Assembly: GCF_009914755.1 (NCBI RefSeq) | Contig: NC_060939.1 | From: the human T2T-CHM13v2.0 reference genome, Homo sapiens | Reading direction: 5' to 3' (one strand) | Length of the DNA stretch: 64,000 bases | Shown: positions 44,801 through 59,800 of the stretch, in pieces | Numbering within the stretch: position 1 is the first letter of the stretch | How the letters are laid out: the number at the start of each line of letters is the position of its first letter | Made by a program: the position numbers and the translations under genes | The notes under the pieces: generated by a model | The model's database searches: none | What the model was told of the DNA's origin: nothing | What the model saw: the letters and a program-made list of their open reading frames with translations, nothing else

Positions 44801-47800
44801 ATCGTGGAAAAGCAAGTAACTTCAGATAAAAACTATACAGAAGCATTCTGAGAAACTTCTTTGTGATGTGTGCATTGATCTCACAGAGTTGAAAGTGTAT
44901 TTTGATTGAGCAGTTTTAAAACACTCCTTCTGTAGAATCTGCAAGTGGATAATTGGAGAGATTTGAGGTATGTTGTGGAAAAGCAAATATCTTCATATAA
45001 AAACTATACAGAAGCCTTCTGAGAAACATCTTTGTGAGGTTTGCATTCAACTCACAGAGCTGGACCTATCTCTTGAGTGACCAGTTTTGAATCTCTCTTT
45101 TTGTTCAATCTGCAAGTGGATATTTGGAACGATTTGAGGCCTACATTTGAAAATCAAATATCTTCCCTCAAAACCTACACAGAAACATTCTCAGAAATTG
45201 TTTGTCATGTGGGCTTTCAAATTACCAAGTTGAACCTATCTTGTGATTGAGCAGTTCTGAATCTCTCTTTTTGTGGAATCTGCAAATGGATATTTTTAGC
45301 CCTTTGCGGACTGTGGTGGAAAAGGAATTATCTTCAAATCCATTCTACACAGAAGCATTCAGACAAACTTCTTGGTGATGAGTGCATTGGTCACACAGAA
45401 TTGAACCTCTCCTTTGATTGAGCAATTCTGAAACACTCTTTCAGAGGGTCTGCAAGTGGATATTTTAGAGCTTTGGGACAATTGTGGAAAAGTAAATATC
45501 TTCACATAAAAACTACACGGAAGCATTCTGAGAAACTTCTTTGGAGGTGTGCATTCAACTCACAGAGTTGAACCTATCTTTTCATTGAGCAGTTTTGAAT
45601 CTCTCTTTTTGTAGACTCTGCTTACAGATATTTGGAGAGCTTTGAGGCCTATTGTGGAAAAGAGAATATGTTCACATAAAAACACACAGAAGCACTCTGA
45701 GAAACTTCTTTGTGAGATGTGCATTCAACTCACAGAGTTGAACCTATCTTTTGATGGAGAAGTTTTGAATCTCTCTTTTTGTAGAAGCTGCATGTGGATA
45801 TTTGGAGACGTTTGTGGCCTATGGTAGAAAAGGAAATATCTTCAAATAAAAACTAGACAGAAGCATTTTGAGAAAGTTCTCTGTTCTGTGTGCATTCATA
45901 TCACATGGTTGAAACTACCTTTTGATTGAGCAGTTTCGAGTCTCTCTGTTTGTACCATCTGCAATGGATATTTGGAGCCCTTTGTGGTCTGTGGTGGAAA
46001 AGGAACTATCCTCAAATAAAAACTACACGGAAGTATTCTGAGAAACTTCTTTGTGATGTGTGCATTTATCTCACAGAGTTGAACCTTTGGTTTGATTGAG
46101 CAGTTTTGAGATAATCTTTCCATAGAATCTGGAAGTGAATACTTGGATAACTTTGAGATCTATTTTGGAGAAGGAGATATCTTTATATAAAAACTGCACA
46201 GAAGCATTCTGAGAAACATGTTTGTGAGGTGTGCAACGAAGTCACAGAGTTGAAACTATCTTTTGATTCAGCAGTTTTGAGTCTCTCTTTTTGCAGAATC
46301 TGCGAGTGGATATCTGGAGAACTTTGAGGCCTATTTGGAAAAGGAAATATCTTCACATAAAAACTACGCAGAAGCATTTTGAGATACTTCTTTGTGAGGT
46401 GTGCATTCCACTCACAGAGTTGAACTTATCTTTCCATGGAGCACTTTCATATCTCTTTCTTTGTGGAATCTGCAAGTGGATATTTGGAGGTCTTTGCACC
46501 CTGTGGTGGAAAGGGAAATATCTTCATATAAAAACTACAAAGAAGCATTCAGAGAAACTTCTTTGTGATGAATGCATTCCTCACACAGAGTTGAGCCTTT
46601 CTTTTTACTGAGCAGTATTGAAACGCTCTTTTTGCAGAATCACCAAGTGGATATTTGGAGAGCTTTGGGGCCTCATTTGGAAAATGAAATATCTTCAAAG
46701 TAAAACTACACAGAACCATTCTGAGAAACTTCTTTATGATGTGAGCATTCAACTCTCAGAGTTGAAGCTACCTTATGATTGAGCAATTTGGAAACACTCT
46801 TTTTGTAGAGCCTGCAAGTGGATATTTAGAACGATTTGAGGCCTATTGTGGAAAAGCAAATATCTTCACATAAAAACTACACAGAAGCATTCTGAGAAAC
46901 TTCGTTGGGATGTGTGCATTCGACTAACAGTGTTGAACCTATCTTTTGATTGAGCAGCTTAGAATCTCTCCTTTTGTAGAAAATGCAAGTAGAGATTTGG
47001 AGCCCCATTTCGCCCTATGGTAGAAAACAGAACATCTTCACATAAAAACTACACAGAAGCATTCTGAGAATCTTCTTTGTGATGTTTGCATTGAACTCAC
47101 AGAGTCGAACCTATCTTTTGATAGAGCAGTTTTGTATCTCTCTTTTTGCAGAATCTGCAAGTGGATATTTGGAAAGCTTGAGGCCTATTGTGAAAAAGGA
47201 AATATCTTCACATAGAAACTACAGAGAAGCATTCTGAGAAACTTCTCTGTGAGGCATGGATTCAACCCACAGAGTTGGACTTATCATTGAGCAGTTTTGA
47301 ATCTCTCTTTTGGTCGAATCTGCAAGTGGGTATTTGGAGCCCTTTTGCAACCTATGGCGGAAAAGGAAACACCTTCACCTAAAAACTATATAGAAGCATT
47401 CCGAAAAACTTCTTTGTGATGTGTGCATTCATCTCACAGAGTTGAACCTATCTAATGATTGAGCAGTTTTGAAACACTCATTTTGTAGAACCTGGAAGTG
47501 GATACTGGGAGTAGTTTGTGGCCTTCTTTGGAAAAGGAAATATCTTCACATGAAAACTACAAAGAAGCATTCTGAGAAACTTCTTTGTGATGTGTGCATG
47601 CATCTCACAGTGTTGGACGTTTCTTTTGATAGGGCAGTTTCGAAAGAGTCTTCTTGTAGAGTCTGCAAGTGGATATTTGGAGCGCTTTGAGGCCTAATGT
47701 GGAAAATCAAATATCTTCACATAAAAACTACACAGAGGCATTCTGAGAAACTTCTTTTTTGTGTGTGCATTCAACTCACATAGTTGAAGTTATCTTTGGA

Positions 47801-50800
47801 TTTAGCTGTTTTGAATCTCCTTTTTGCAGAATCTGCAAGTTGATACCTGGAGCCCTGTTTCACCCTATAGTGGAAAAGGAAATATCTCCACATAAACAAA
47901 CACTACAGAGAAGCATTCAGAGAAAGTCCTTTGTGATGTGTGCATTGAACACGCAGAGTTGAAACTATCTTTTGATTGTACAGTTTTGAATATCTCTTTT
48001 TGTAGAATCTGCAAGTGGAAGTTTGGAGCTGTTTGCACGCTGTGGTGCAAAAGGAAATATCTTCATATAAAAACTACACAGAAGCTTTCAGAGAGACTTC
48101 TTTGTGAGGAATGCGTTCCTCACACAGAGTTGAATCTTCCTTTTTATTGAGTAGTTTTGAAACCCTCTTTTTGCAGAATAACCAGGGGGATATTTGGAGA
48201 GCTTTGAGGCCTGTTTTGGAAAAGGAAATATCTTCAAATTAAAACCACACAGAAGCATTCTGAGAAACTTCTTTGTGATGTGTGCATTCAACTCTCAGAG
48301 TTCAACGTGTCTTATGATGGAGCAGTTTGGAAACACTCTTTTTTGTAGAAACTGCAAGTGGATATGTAGAGCGATTTGAGGCCTACTGTGGAAAAGCAAA
48401 TATCTTCACATAACGACTACACAGAAGCACTCCTAGAAACTTCTTTGTGATGTGTGAATTCAACTCACAGAGCTGAACCTATCTTTTGATGGAGTAGCTT
48501 AGAATCTCTCTTCTTTTAGAATCTGCACGTGGATATTTGAAGCGCTTTGAGACCTAAAGTGGAAAAGCAAATATCTTCACATAAAATCTACATAGAGGCA
48601 CTCTAAGAAACTTCTTTTTGATGTGTGCATTCACCTCACAGAGCTGAAGCACACAGTGCTTGAGTGACCAGTTTTGAATCTCTCTTTTTGTACAATCTGC
48701 AAGTGGATATTGGGAGCCCTTTGCGGCCTGTGGTGGAAAAGGAAATATCTTCAAATTAAAACTACACAGAAGCATTCTGAGAAACTTCTTTGTGATGTGT
48801 ACATTCATCTCACAGAGTTGACACTTTCTTTTGATTGAGCAGTTTTGAAACACTGCTTTTGTAGAGTCTGGAAGTTGATATTTGGAGGGCTTTGAGGTCT
48901 ATTTCGGAAAAGAAAATATCTTCACTTAAAAACTAGGCAGAAATACTGTGAGAAACTTCTTTGTTATGTGAGCATTCAACTCACAGAGCTGAACCTATCT
49001 TTTGATTGAGCAGTTTTGAATCTCTCATTTTGCAGAATCTGCAAGAGGATATTTGGAGCCCTTTGCTACCTAGGGTGGAAAAGGAAATACCTTCAAATAA
49101 AAACTACACAGAGGCATTCTGAGAAACTTCTTGTGATTGTGCATTCAACTCACAGAGTTAAACCTATCTTATGATTGACCAGTTTTGGAACACTGTTTTC
49201 ATAGGATCTGCAAGTGGATATTTGGTGTGCTTTGAGGCCTATCGTGGAAAAGCAAGTAACTTCAGATAAAAACTATACAGAAGCATTCTGAGAAACTTCT
49301 TTGTGATGTGTGCATTGATCTCACAGAGTTGAAAGTGTATTTTGATTGAGCAGTTTTAAAACACTCCTTCTGTAGAATCTGCAAGTGGATAATTGGAGAG
49401 ATTTGAGGTATGTTGTGGAAAAGCAAATATCTTCATATAAAAACTATACAGAAGCCTTCTGAGAAACATCTTTGTGAGGTTTGCATTCAACTCACAGAGC
49501 TGGACCTATCTCTTGAGTGACCAGTTTTGAATCTCTCTTTTTGTTCAATCTGCAAGTGGATATTTGGAGCGATTTGAGGCCTACATTTGAAAATCAAATA
49601 TCTTCCCTCAAAACCTACACAGAAACATTCTCAGAAATTGTTTGTCATGTGGGCTTTCAAATTACCAAGTTGAACCTATCTTGTGATTGAGCAGTTCTGA
49701 ATCTCTCTTTTTGTGGAATCTGCAAATGGATATTTTTAGCCCTTTGCGGACTGTGGTGGAAAAGGAATTATCTTCAAATCCATTCTACACAGAAGCATTC
49801 AGACAAACTTCTTGGTGATGAGTGCATTGGTCACACAGAATTGAACCTCTCCTTTGATTGAGCAATTCTGAAACACTCTTTCAGAGGGTCTGCAAGTGGA
49901 TATTTTAGAGCTTTGGGACAATTGTGGAAAAGTAAATATCTTCACATAAAAACTACACGGAAGCATTCTGAGAAACTTCTTTGGAGGTGTGCATTCAACT
50001 CACAGAGTTGAACCTATCTTTTCACTGAGCAGTTTTGAATCTCTCTTTTTGTAGACTCTGCTTACAGATATTTGGAGAGCTTTGAGGCCTATTGTGGAAA
50101 AGAGAATATGTTCACATAAAAACACACAGAAGCACTCTGAGAAACTTCTTTGTGAGGTGTGCATTCAACTCACAGAGTTGAACCTATCTTTTGATGGAGA
50201 AGTTTTGAATCTCTCTTTTTGTAGAAGCTGCATGTGGATATTTGGAGACGTTTGTGGCCTATGGTAGAAAAGGAAATATCTTCAAATAAAAACTAGACAG
50301 AAGCATTTTGAGAAAATTCTCTGTGCTGTGTGCATTCATATCACATGGTTGAAACTACCTTTTGATTGAGCAGTTTCGAGTCTCTCTGTTTGTACCATCT
50401 GCAATGGATATTTGGAGCCCTTTGTGGTCTGTGGTGGAAAAGGAACTATCCTCAAATAAAAACTACATGGAAGTATTCTGAGAAACTTCTTTGTGATGTG
50501 TGCATTTATCTCACAGAGTTGAACCTTTGGTTTGATTGAGCAGTTTTGAGATAATCTTTCCATAGAATCTGGAAGTGAATACTTGGATAACTTTGAGATC
50601 TATTTTGGAGAAGGAGATATCTTTATATAAAAACTGCACAGAAGCATTCTGAGAAACATCTTTGTGAGGTGTGCAATGAAGTCACAGAGTTGAAACTATC
50701 TTTTGATTCAGCAGTTTTGAGTCACTCTTTTTGCAGAATCTGCGAGTGGATATCTGGAGAACTTTGAGGCCTATTTGGAAAAGGAAATATCTTCACATAA

Positions 50801-53800
50801 AAACTACGCAGAAGCATTTTGAGATACTTCTTTGTGAGGTGTGCATTCAACTCACAGAGTTGAACTTATCTTTCCATGGAGCACTTTCATATCTCTTTCT
50901 TTGTGGAATCTGCAAGTGGATATTTGGAGGTCTTTGCACCCTGTGGTGGAAAGGGAAATATCTTCATATAAAAACTACAAAGAAGCATTCAGAGAAATTT
51001 CTTGTGATGAATACATTCCTCACACAGAGTTGAGCCTTTCTTTTTACTGAGCAGTATTGAAACGCTCTTTTTGCAGAATCACCAAGTGGATATTTGGAGA
51101 GCTTTGGGGCCTCATTTGGAAAATGAAATATCTTCAAAGTAAAACTACACAGAACCATTCTGAGAAACTTCTTTATGATGTGAGCATTCAACTCTCAGAG
51201 TTGAAGCTACCTTATGATTGAGCAATTTGGAAACACTCTTTTTGTAGAGCCTGCAAGTGGATATTTAGAACGATTTGAGGCCTATTGTGGAAAAGCAAAT
51301 ATCTTCACATAAAAACTACACAGAAGCATTCTGAGAAACTTCGTTGGGATGTGTGCATTCAACTAACAGTGTTGAACCTATCTTTTGATTGAGCAGCTTA
51401 GAATCTCTCCTTTTGTAGAAAATGCAAGTAGAGATTTGGAGCCCCATTTCGCCCTATGGTAGAAAACAGAACATCTTCACATAAAAACTACACAGAAGCA
51501 TTCTGAGAAACTTCTTTGTGATGTTTGCATTGAACTCACAGAGTCGAACCTATCTTTTGATAGAGCAGTTTTGTATCTCTCTTTTTGCAGAATCTGCAAG
51601 TGGATATTTGGAAAGCTTGAGGCCTATTGTGAAAAAGGAAATATCTTCACATAGAAACTACAGAGAAGCATTCTGAGAAACTTCTCTGTGAGGCATGGAT
51701 TCAACCCACAGAGTTGGACTTACCATTGAGCAGTTTTGAATCTCTCTTTTGGTCGAATCTGCAAGTGGGTATTTGGAGCCCTTTTGCAACCTATGGCGGA
51801 AAAGGAAACACCTTCACCTAAAAACTATATAGAAGCATTCCGAAAAACTTCTTTGTGATGTGTGCATTCATCTCACAGAGTTGAACCTATCTAATGATTG
51901 AGCAGTTTTGAAACACTCATTTTGTAGAACCTGGAAGTGGATATTGGGAGTAGTTTGTGGCCTTCTTTGGAAAAGGAAATATCTTCACATGAAAACTACA
52001 AAGAAGCATTCTGAGAAACTTCTTTGTGATGTGTGCATGCATCTCACAGTGTTGGACGTTTCTTTTGATGGGGCAGTTTCGAAAGAGTCTTCTTGTAGAG
52101 TCTGCAAGTGGATATTTGGAGCGCTTTGAGGCCTAATGTGGAAAATCAAATATCTTCACATAAAAACTACACAGAGGCATTCTGAGAAACTTCTTTTTTG
52201 TGTGTGCATTCAACTCACATAGTTGAAGTTATCTTTCGATTTAGCTGTTTTGAATCTCCTTTTTGCAGAATCTGCAAGTTGACACCTGGAGCCCTGTTTC
52301 ACCCTATAGTGGAAAAGCAAATATCTCCACATAAACAAACACTACAGAGAAGCATTCAGAGAAAGTCCTTTGTGATGTGTGCATTGAACACGCAGAGTTG
52401 AAACTATCTTTTGATTGTACAGTTTTGAATATCTCTTTTTGTAGAATCTGCAAGTGGAAGTTTGGAGCTGTTTGCACGCTGTGGTGCAAAAGGAAATATC
52501 TTCATATAAAAACTACACAGAAGCTTTCAGAGAGACTTCTTTGTGAGGAATGCGTTCCTCACACAGAGTTGAATCTTCCTTTTTATTGAGTAGTTTTGAA
52601 ACCCTCTTTTTGCAGAATAACCAGGGGGATATTTGGAGAGCTTTGAGGCCTGTTTTGGAAAAGGAAATATCTTCAAATTAAAACCACACAGAAGCATTCT
52701 GAGAAACTTCTTTGTGATGTGTGCATTCAACTCTCAGAGTTCAACGTGTCTTATGATGGAGCAGTTTGGAAACACTCTTTTTTGTAGAAACTGCAAGTGG
52801 ATATGTAGAGCGATTTGAGGCCTACTGTGGAAAAGCAAATATCTTCACATAACGACTACACAGAAGCACTCCTAGAAACTTCTTTGTGATGTGTGAATTC
52901 AACTCACAGAGCTGAACCTATCTTTTGATGGAGTAGCTTAGAATCTCTCTTTTTTTAGAATCTGCACGTGGATATTTGGAGCGCTTTGAGACCTAAAGTG
53001 GAAAAGCAAATATCTTCACATAAAATCTACATAGAGGCACTCTAAGAAACTTCTTTTTGATGTGTGCATTCAACTCACAGAGCTGAAGCACACAGTGCTT
53101 GAGTGACCAGTTTTGAATCTCTCTTTTTGTACAATCTGCAAGTGGATATTGGGAGCCCTTTGCGGCCTGTGGTGGAAAAGGAAATATCTTCAAATAAAAA
53201 CTACACAGAAGCATTCTGAGAAACTTCTTTGTGATGTGTACATTCATCTCACAGAGTTGACAATTTCTTTTGATTGAGCAGTTTTGAAACACTGCTTTTG
53301 TAGAGTCTGGAAGTTGATATTTGGAGGGCTTTGAGGTCTATTTCGGAAAAGAAAATATCTTCACTTAAAAACTACGCAGAAATACTGTGAGAAACTTCTT
53401 TGTTATGTGAGCATTCAACTCACAGAGCTGAACCTATCTTTTGATTCAGCAGTTTTGAATCTCTCATTTTGCAGAATCTGCAAGAGGATATTTGGAGCCC
53501 TTTGCTACCTATGGTGGAAAAGGAAATACCTCCAAATAAAAACTACACAGAGGCATTCTGAGAAACTTCTTGTGATTGTGCATTCAACTCACAGAGTTAA
53601 ACCTATCTTATGATTGACCAGTTTTGGAACACTGTTTTCACAGGATCTGCAAGTGGATATTTGGTGTGCTTTGAGGCCTATCGTGGAAAAGCAAGTAACT
53701 TCAGATAAAAACTATACAGAAGCATTCTGAGAAACTTATTTGTGATGTGTGCATTGATCTCACAGAGTTGAAAGTGTATTTTGATTGAGCAGTTTTAAAA

Positions 53801-56800
53801 CACTCCTTCTGTAGAATCTGCAAGTGGATAATTGGAGAGATTTGAGGTATGTTGTGGAAAAGCAAATATCTTCATATAAAAACTATACAGAAGCCTTCTG
53901 AGAAACATCTTTGTGAGGTTTGCATTCAACTCACAGAGCTGGAACTATCTCTTGAGTGACCAGTTTTGAATCTCTCTTTTTGTTCAATCTGCAAGTGGAT
54001 ATTTGGAGCGATTTGAGGCCTACATTTGAAAATCAAATATCTTCCCTTAAAATCTACATAGAAACATTCTCAGAAATTGTTTGTCATGTGGGCTTTCAAA
54101 TTACCAAGTTGAACCTACCTTGTGATTGAGCAGTTCTGAATCTCTCTTTTTGGGGAATCTGCAAATGGATATTTTTAGCCCTTTGCGGACTGTGGTGGAA
54201 AAGGAATGATCTTCAAATCCATTCTACACAGAAGCATTCAGACAAACTTCTTGGTGATGAGTGCATTGGTCACACAGAATTGAACCTCTCCTTTGATTGA
54301 GCAATTCTGAAACACTCTTTCAGAGGGTCTGCAAGTGGATATTTTAGAGCTTTGGGACAATTGTGGAAAAGTAAACATCTTCACATAAAAACTACACGGA
54401 AGCATTCTGAGAAACTTCTTTGGAGGTGTGTATTCAACTCACAGAGTTGAACCTATCTTTTCATTGAGCAGTTTTGAATCTCTCTTTTTGTAGACTCAGC
54501 TTGCAGATATTTGGACAGCTTTGAGGCCTATTGTGGAAAAGGAATCATCTTCACATAAAAACACACAGAAGCACTCTGAGAAACTTCTTTGTGAGGTGTG
54601 CATTCAACTCACAGAGTTGAACCTATCTTTTGATGGAGAAGTTTTGAATCTCTCTTTTTGTAGAAGCTGCATGTGGATATTTGGAGACGTTTGTGGCCTA
54701 TGGTAGAAAAGGAAATATCTTCAAATAAAAACTAGACAGAAGCATTTTGAGAAAATTCTCTGTGCTGTGTGCATTCATATCACATGGTTGAAACTACCTT
54801 TTGATTGAGCAGTTTCGAGTCTCTCTGTTTGTACCATCTGCAATGGATATTTGGAGCCCTTTGTGGTCTGTGGTGGAAAAGGAACTATCCTCAAATAAAA
54901 ACTACACGGAAGTATTCTGAGAAACTCCTTTGTGATGTGTGCATTTATCTCACAGAGTTGAACCTTTGGTTTGATTGAGCAGTTTTGAGATAATCTTTCC
55001 ATAGAATCTGGAAGTGAATACTTGGATAACTTTGAGATCTATTTTGGAGAAGGAGATATCTTTATATAAAAACTGCACAGAAGCATTCTGAGAAACATGT
55101 TTGTGAGGTGTGCAATGAAGTCACACAGTTGAAACTGTCTTTTGATTCAGCAGTTTTGAGTCTCTCTTTTTGCAGAATCTGCGAGTGGATATCTGGAGAA
55201 TTTGAGGCCTATTTGGAAAAGGAAATATCTTCACATAAAAACTACGCAGAAGCATTTTGAGATACTTCTTTGTGAGGTGTGCATTCAACTCACAGAGTTG
55301 AACTTATCTTTCCATGGAGCACTTTCATATCTCTTTTTTTGTGGAATCTGCAAGTGGATATTTGGAGCTCTTTGCACCCTGTGGTGGAAAGGGAAATATC
55401 TTCATATAAAAACTACAAAGAAGCATTCAGAGAAACTTCTTTGTGATGAATGCATTCCTCACACAGAGTTGAGCCTTTCTTTTTATTGAGCAGTATTGAA
55501 ACGCTCTTTTTGCAGAATCACCAAGTGGATATTTGGAGAGCTTTGGGGCCTCATTTGGAAAATGAAATATCTTCAAAGTAAAACTACACAGAACCATTCT
55601 GAGAAACTTCTTTATGATGTGAGCATTCAACTCTCAGAGTTGAAGCTACCTTATGATTGAGCAATTTGGAAACACTCTTTTTGTAGAGCCTGCAAGTGGA
55701 TATTTAGAACGATTTGAGGCCTATTGTGGAAAAGCAAATATCTTCACATAAAAACTACACAGAAGCATTCTGAGAAACTTCGTTGGGATGTGTGCATTCA
55801 ACTAACAGTGTTGAACCTATCTTTTGATTGAGCAGCTTAGAATCTCTCCTTTTGTAGAAAATGCAAGTAGAGATTTGGAGCCCCATTTCGCCCTATGGTA
55901 GAAAACAGAACATCTTCACATAAAAACTACACAGAAGCATTCTGAGAAACTTCTTTGTGATGTTTGCATTGAACTCACAGAGTCGAACCTATCTTTTGAT
56001 AGAGCAGTTTTGTATCTCTCTTTTTGCAGAATCTGCAAGTGGATATTTGGAAAGCTTGAGGCCTATTGTGAAAAAGGAAATATCTTCACATAGAAACTAC
56101 AGAGAAGCATTCTGAGAAACTTCTCTGTGAGGCATGGATTCAACCCACAGAATTGGACTTATCATTGAGCAGTTTTGAATCTCTCTTTTGGTCGAATCTG
56201 CAAGTGGGTATTTGGAGCCCTTTTGCAACCTATGGCGGAAAAGGAAACACCTTCACCTAAAAACTATATAGAAGCATTCTGAAAAACTTCTTTGTGATGT
56301 GTGCATTCATCTCACAGAGTTGAACCTATCTAATGATTGAGCAGTTTTGAAACACTCATTTTGTAGAACCTGGAAGTGGATATTGGGAGTAGTTTGTGGC
56401 CTTCTTTGGAAAAGGAAATATCTTCACATGAAAACTACAAAGAAGCATTCTGAGAAACTTCTTTGTGATGTGTGCATACATCTCACAGTGTTGGACGTTT
56501 CTTTTGATAGGGCAGTTTCGAAAGAGTCTTCTTGTAGAGTCTGCAAGTGGATATTTGGAGCGCTTTGAGGCCTAATGTGGAAAATCAAATATCTTCACAT
56601 AAAAACTACACAGAGGCATTCTGAGAAACTTCTTTTTTGTGTGTGCATTCAACTCACATAGTTGAAGTTATCTTTCGATTTAGCTGTTTTGAATCTCCTT
56701 TTTGCAGAATCTGCAAGTTGACACCTGGAGCCCTGTTTCACCCTATAGTGGAAAAGCAAATATCTCCACATAAACAAACACTACAGAGAAGCATTCAGAG

Positions 56801-59800
56801 AAAGTCCTTTGTGATGTGTGCATTGAACACGCAGAGTTGAAACTATCTTTTGATTGTACAGTTTTGAATATCTCTTTTTGTAGAATCTGCAAGTGGAAGT
56901 TTGGAGCTGTTTGCACGCTGTGGTGCAAAAGGAAATATCTTCATATAAAAACTACACAGAAGCTTTCAGAGAGACTTCTTTGTGAGGAATGCGTTCCTCA
57001 CACAGAGTTGAATCTTCCTTTTTATTGAGTAGTTTTGAAACCCTCTTTTTGCAGAATAACCAGGGGGATATTTGGAGAGCTTTGAGGCCTGTTTTGGAAA
57101 AGGAAATATCTTCAAATTAAAACCACACAGAAGCATTCTGAGAAACTTCTTTGTGATGTGTGCATTCAACTCTCAGAGTTCAACGTGTCTTATGATGGAG
57201 CAGTTTGGAAACACTCTTTTTTGTAGAAACTGCAAGTGGATATGTAGAGCGATTTGAGGCCTACTGTGGAAAAGCAAATATCTTCACATAACGACTACAC
57301 AGAAGCACTCCTAGAAACTTCTTTGTGATGTGTGAATTCAACTCACAGAGCTGAACCTATCTTTTGATGGAGTAGCTTAGAATCTCTCTTTTTTTAGAAT
57401 CTGCAAGTGGATATTTGGAGCGCTTTGAGACCTAAAGTGGAAAAGCAAATATCTTCACATAAAATCTACATAGAGGCACTCTAAGAAACTTCTTTTTGAT
57501 GTGTGCATTCAACTCACAGAGCTGAAGCACACAGTGCTTGAGTGACCAGTTTTGAATCTCTCTTTTTGTACAATCTGCAAGTGGATATTGGGAGCCCTTT
57601 GCGGCCTGTGGTGGAAAAGGAAATATCTTCAAATAAAAACTACACAGAAGCATTCTGAGAAACTTCTTTGTGATGTGTACATTCATCTCACAGAGTTGAC
57701 AATTTCTTTTGATTGAGCAGTTTTGAAACACTGCTTTTGTAGAGTCTGGAAGTTGATATTTGGAGGGCTTTGAGGTCTATTTCGGAAAAGAAAATATCTT
57801 CACTTAAAAACTACGCAGAAATACTGTGAGAAACTTCTTTGTTATGTGAGCATTCAACTCACAGAGCTGAACCTATCTTTTGATTGAGCAGTTTTGAATC
57901 TCTCATTTTGCAGAATCTGCAAGAGGATATTTGGAGCCCTTTGCTACCTATGGTGGAAAAGGAAATACCTCCAAATAAAAACTACACAGAGGCATTCTGA
58001 GAAACTTCTTGTGATTGTGCATTCAACTCACAGAGTTAAACCTATCTTATGATTGACCAGTTTTGGAACACTGTTTTCACAGGATCTGCAAGTGGATATT
58101 TGGTGTGCTTTGAGGCCTATCGTGGAAAAGCAAGTAACTTCAGATAAAAACTATACAGAAGCATTCTGAGAAACTTCTTTGTGATGTGTGCATTGATCTC
58201 ACAGAGTTGAAAGTGTATTTTGATTGAGCAGTTTTAAAACACTCCTTCTGTAGAATCTGCAAGTGGATAATTGGAGAGATTTGAGGTATGTTGTGGAAAA
58301 GCAAATATCTTCATATAAAAACTATACAGAAGCCTTCTGAGAAACATCTTTGTGAGGTTTGCATTCAACTCACAGAGCTGGACCTATCTCTTGAGTGACC
58401 AGTTTTGAATCTCTCTTTTTGTTCAATCTGCAAGTGGATATTTGGAGCGATTTGAGGCCTACATTTGAAAATAAAATATCGTCCCTTAAAATCTACACAG
58501 AAACATTCTCAGAAATTGTTTGTCATGTGGGCTTTCAAATTACCAGGTTGAACCTATCTTGTGATTGAGCAGTTCTGAATCTCTCTTTTTGTGGAATCTG
58601 CAAATGGATATTTTTAGCCCTTTGCGGACTGTGGTGGAAAAGGAATTATCTTCAAATCCATTCTACACAGAAGCATTCAGACAAACTTCTTGGTGATGAG
58701 TGCATTGGTCACACAGAATTGAACCTCTCCTTTGATTGAGCAATTCTGAAACACTCTTTCAGAGGGTCTGCAAGTGGATATTTTAGAGCTTTGGGACAAT
58801 TGTGGAAAAGTAAATATCTTCACATAAAAACTACACGGAAGCATTCTGAGAAACTTCTTTGGAGGTGTGCATTCAACTCACAGAGTTGAACCTATCTTTT
58901 CATTGAGCAGTTTTGAATCTCTCTTTTTGTAGACTCTGCTTGCAGATATTTGGAGAGCTTTGAGGCCTATTGTGGAAAAGGGATCATCTTCACATAAAAA
59001 CACACAGAAGCACTCTGAGAAACTTCTTTGTGAAGTGTGCATTCAACTCACAGAGTTGAAACTATCTTTTGATTGAGAAGCTTTGAATCTCTCTTTTTGT
59101 AGAAGCTGCATGTGGATATTTGGAGACGTTTGTGGCCTATGGTAGAAAAGGCAATATCTTCAAATAAAAACTAGACAGAAGCATTTTGAGAAATTTCTCT
59201 GTGCTGTGTGCATTCATATCACATGGTTGAAACTACCTTTTGATTGAGCAGTTTTGAATCTCTCTTTTTGTACCATCTGCAATGGATATTTGGAGCCCTT
59301 TGTGGTCTGTGGTGGAAAAGGAACTATCCTCAAATAAAAACTACACAGAAGTATTCCGAGAAACTTCCTTGTGATGTGTGCATTCATCTCATAGGGTTGA
59401 ACCTTTGGTTTGATTGAGCAGTTTTGAGACAATCTTTCCATAGAATCTGGAAGTGAATATTTGGAGAACCTTGAGATCTACTTTGGAGAAGGAGATATCT
59501 TTATATAAAAACTGCACGGAAGCATTCTGAGAAACATCTTTGTGAGGTGTGCAATGAAGTCACAGAGTTGAAACTATGTTTTGATTCAGCAGTTTTGAGT
59601 CTCTCTTTTTGCAAAATCTGCGAGTGGATATCTGGAGAACTTGGAGGCCTATTTGGAAAAGGAAATATCTTCACATATAAACTATGCAGAAGCATTTTGA
59701 GATTCTTCTTTGTGAGGTGTGCATTCAACTCACAGAGTTGAACTTATCTTTTCCTTGAGCACTTTCATATCTCATTTTCTGTAGAATCTGCAAGTGGATA

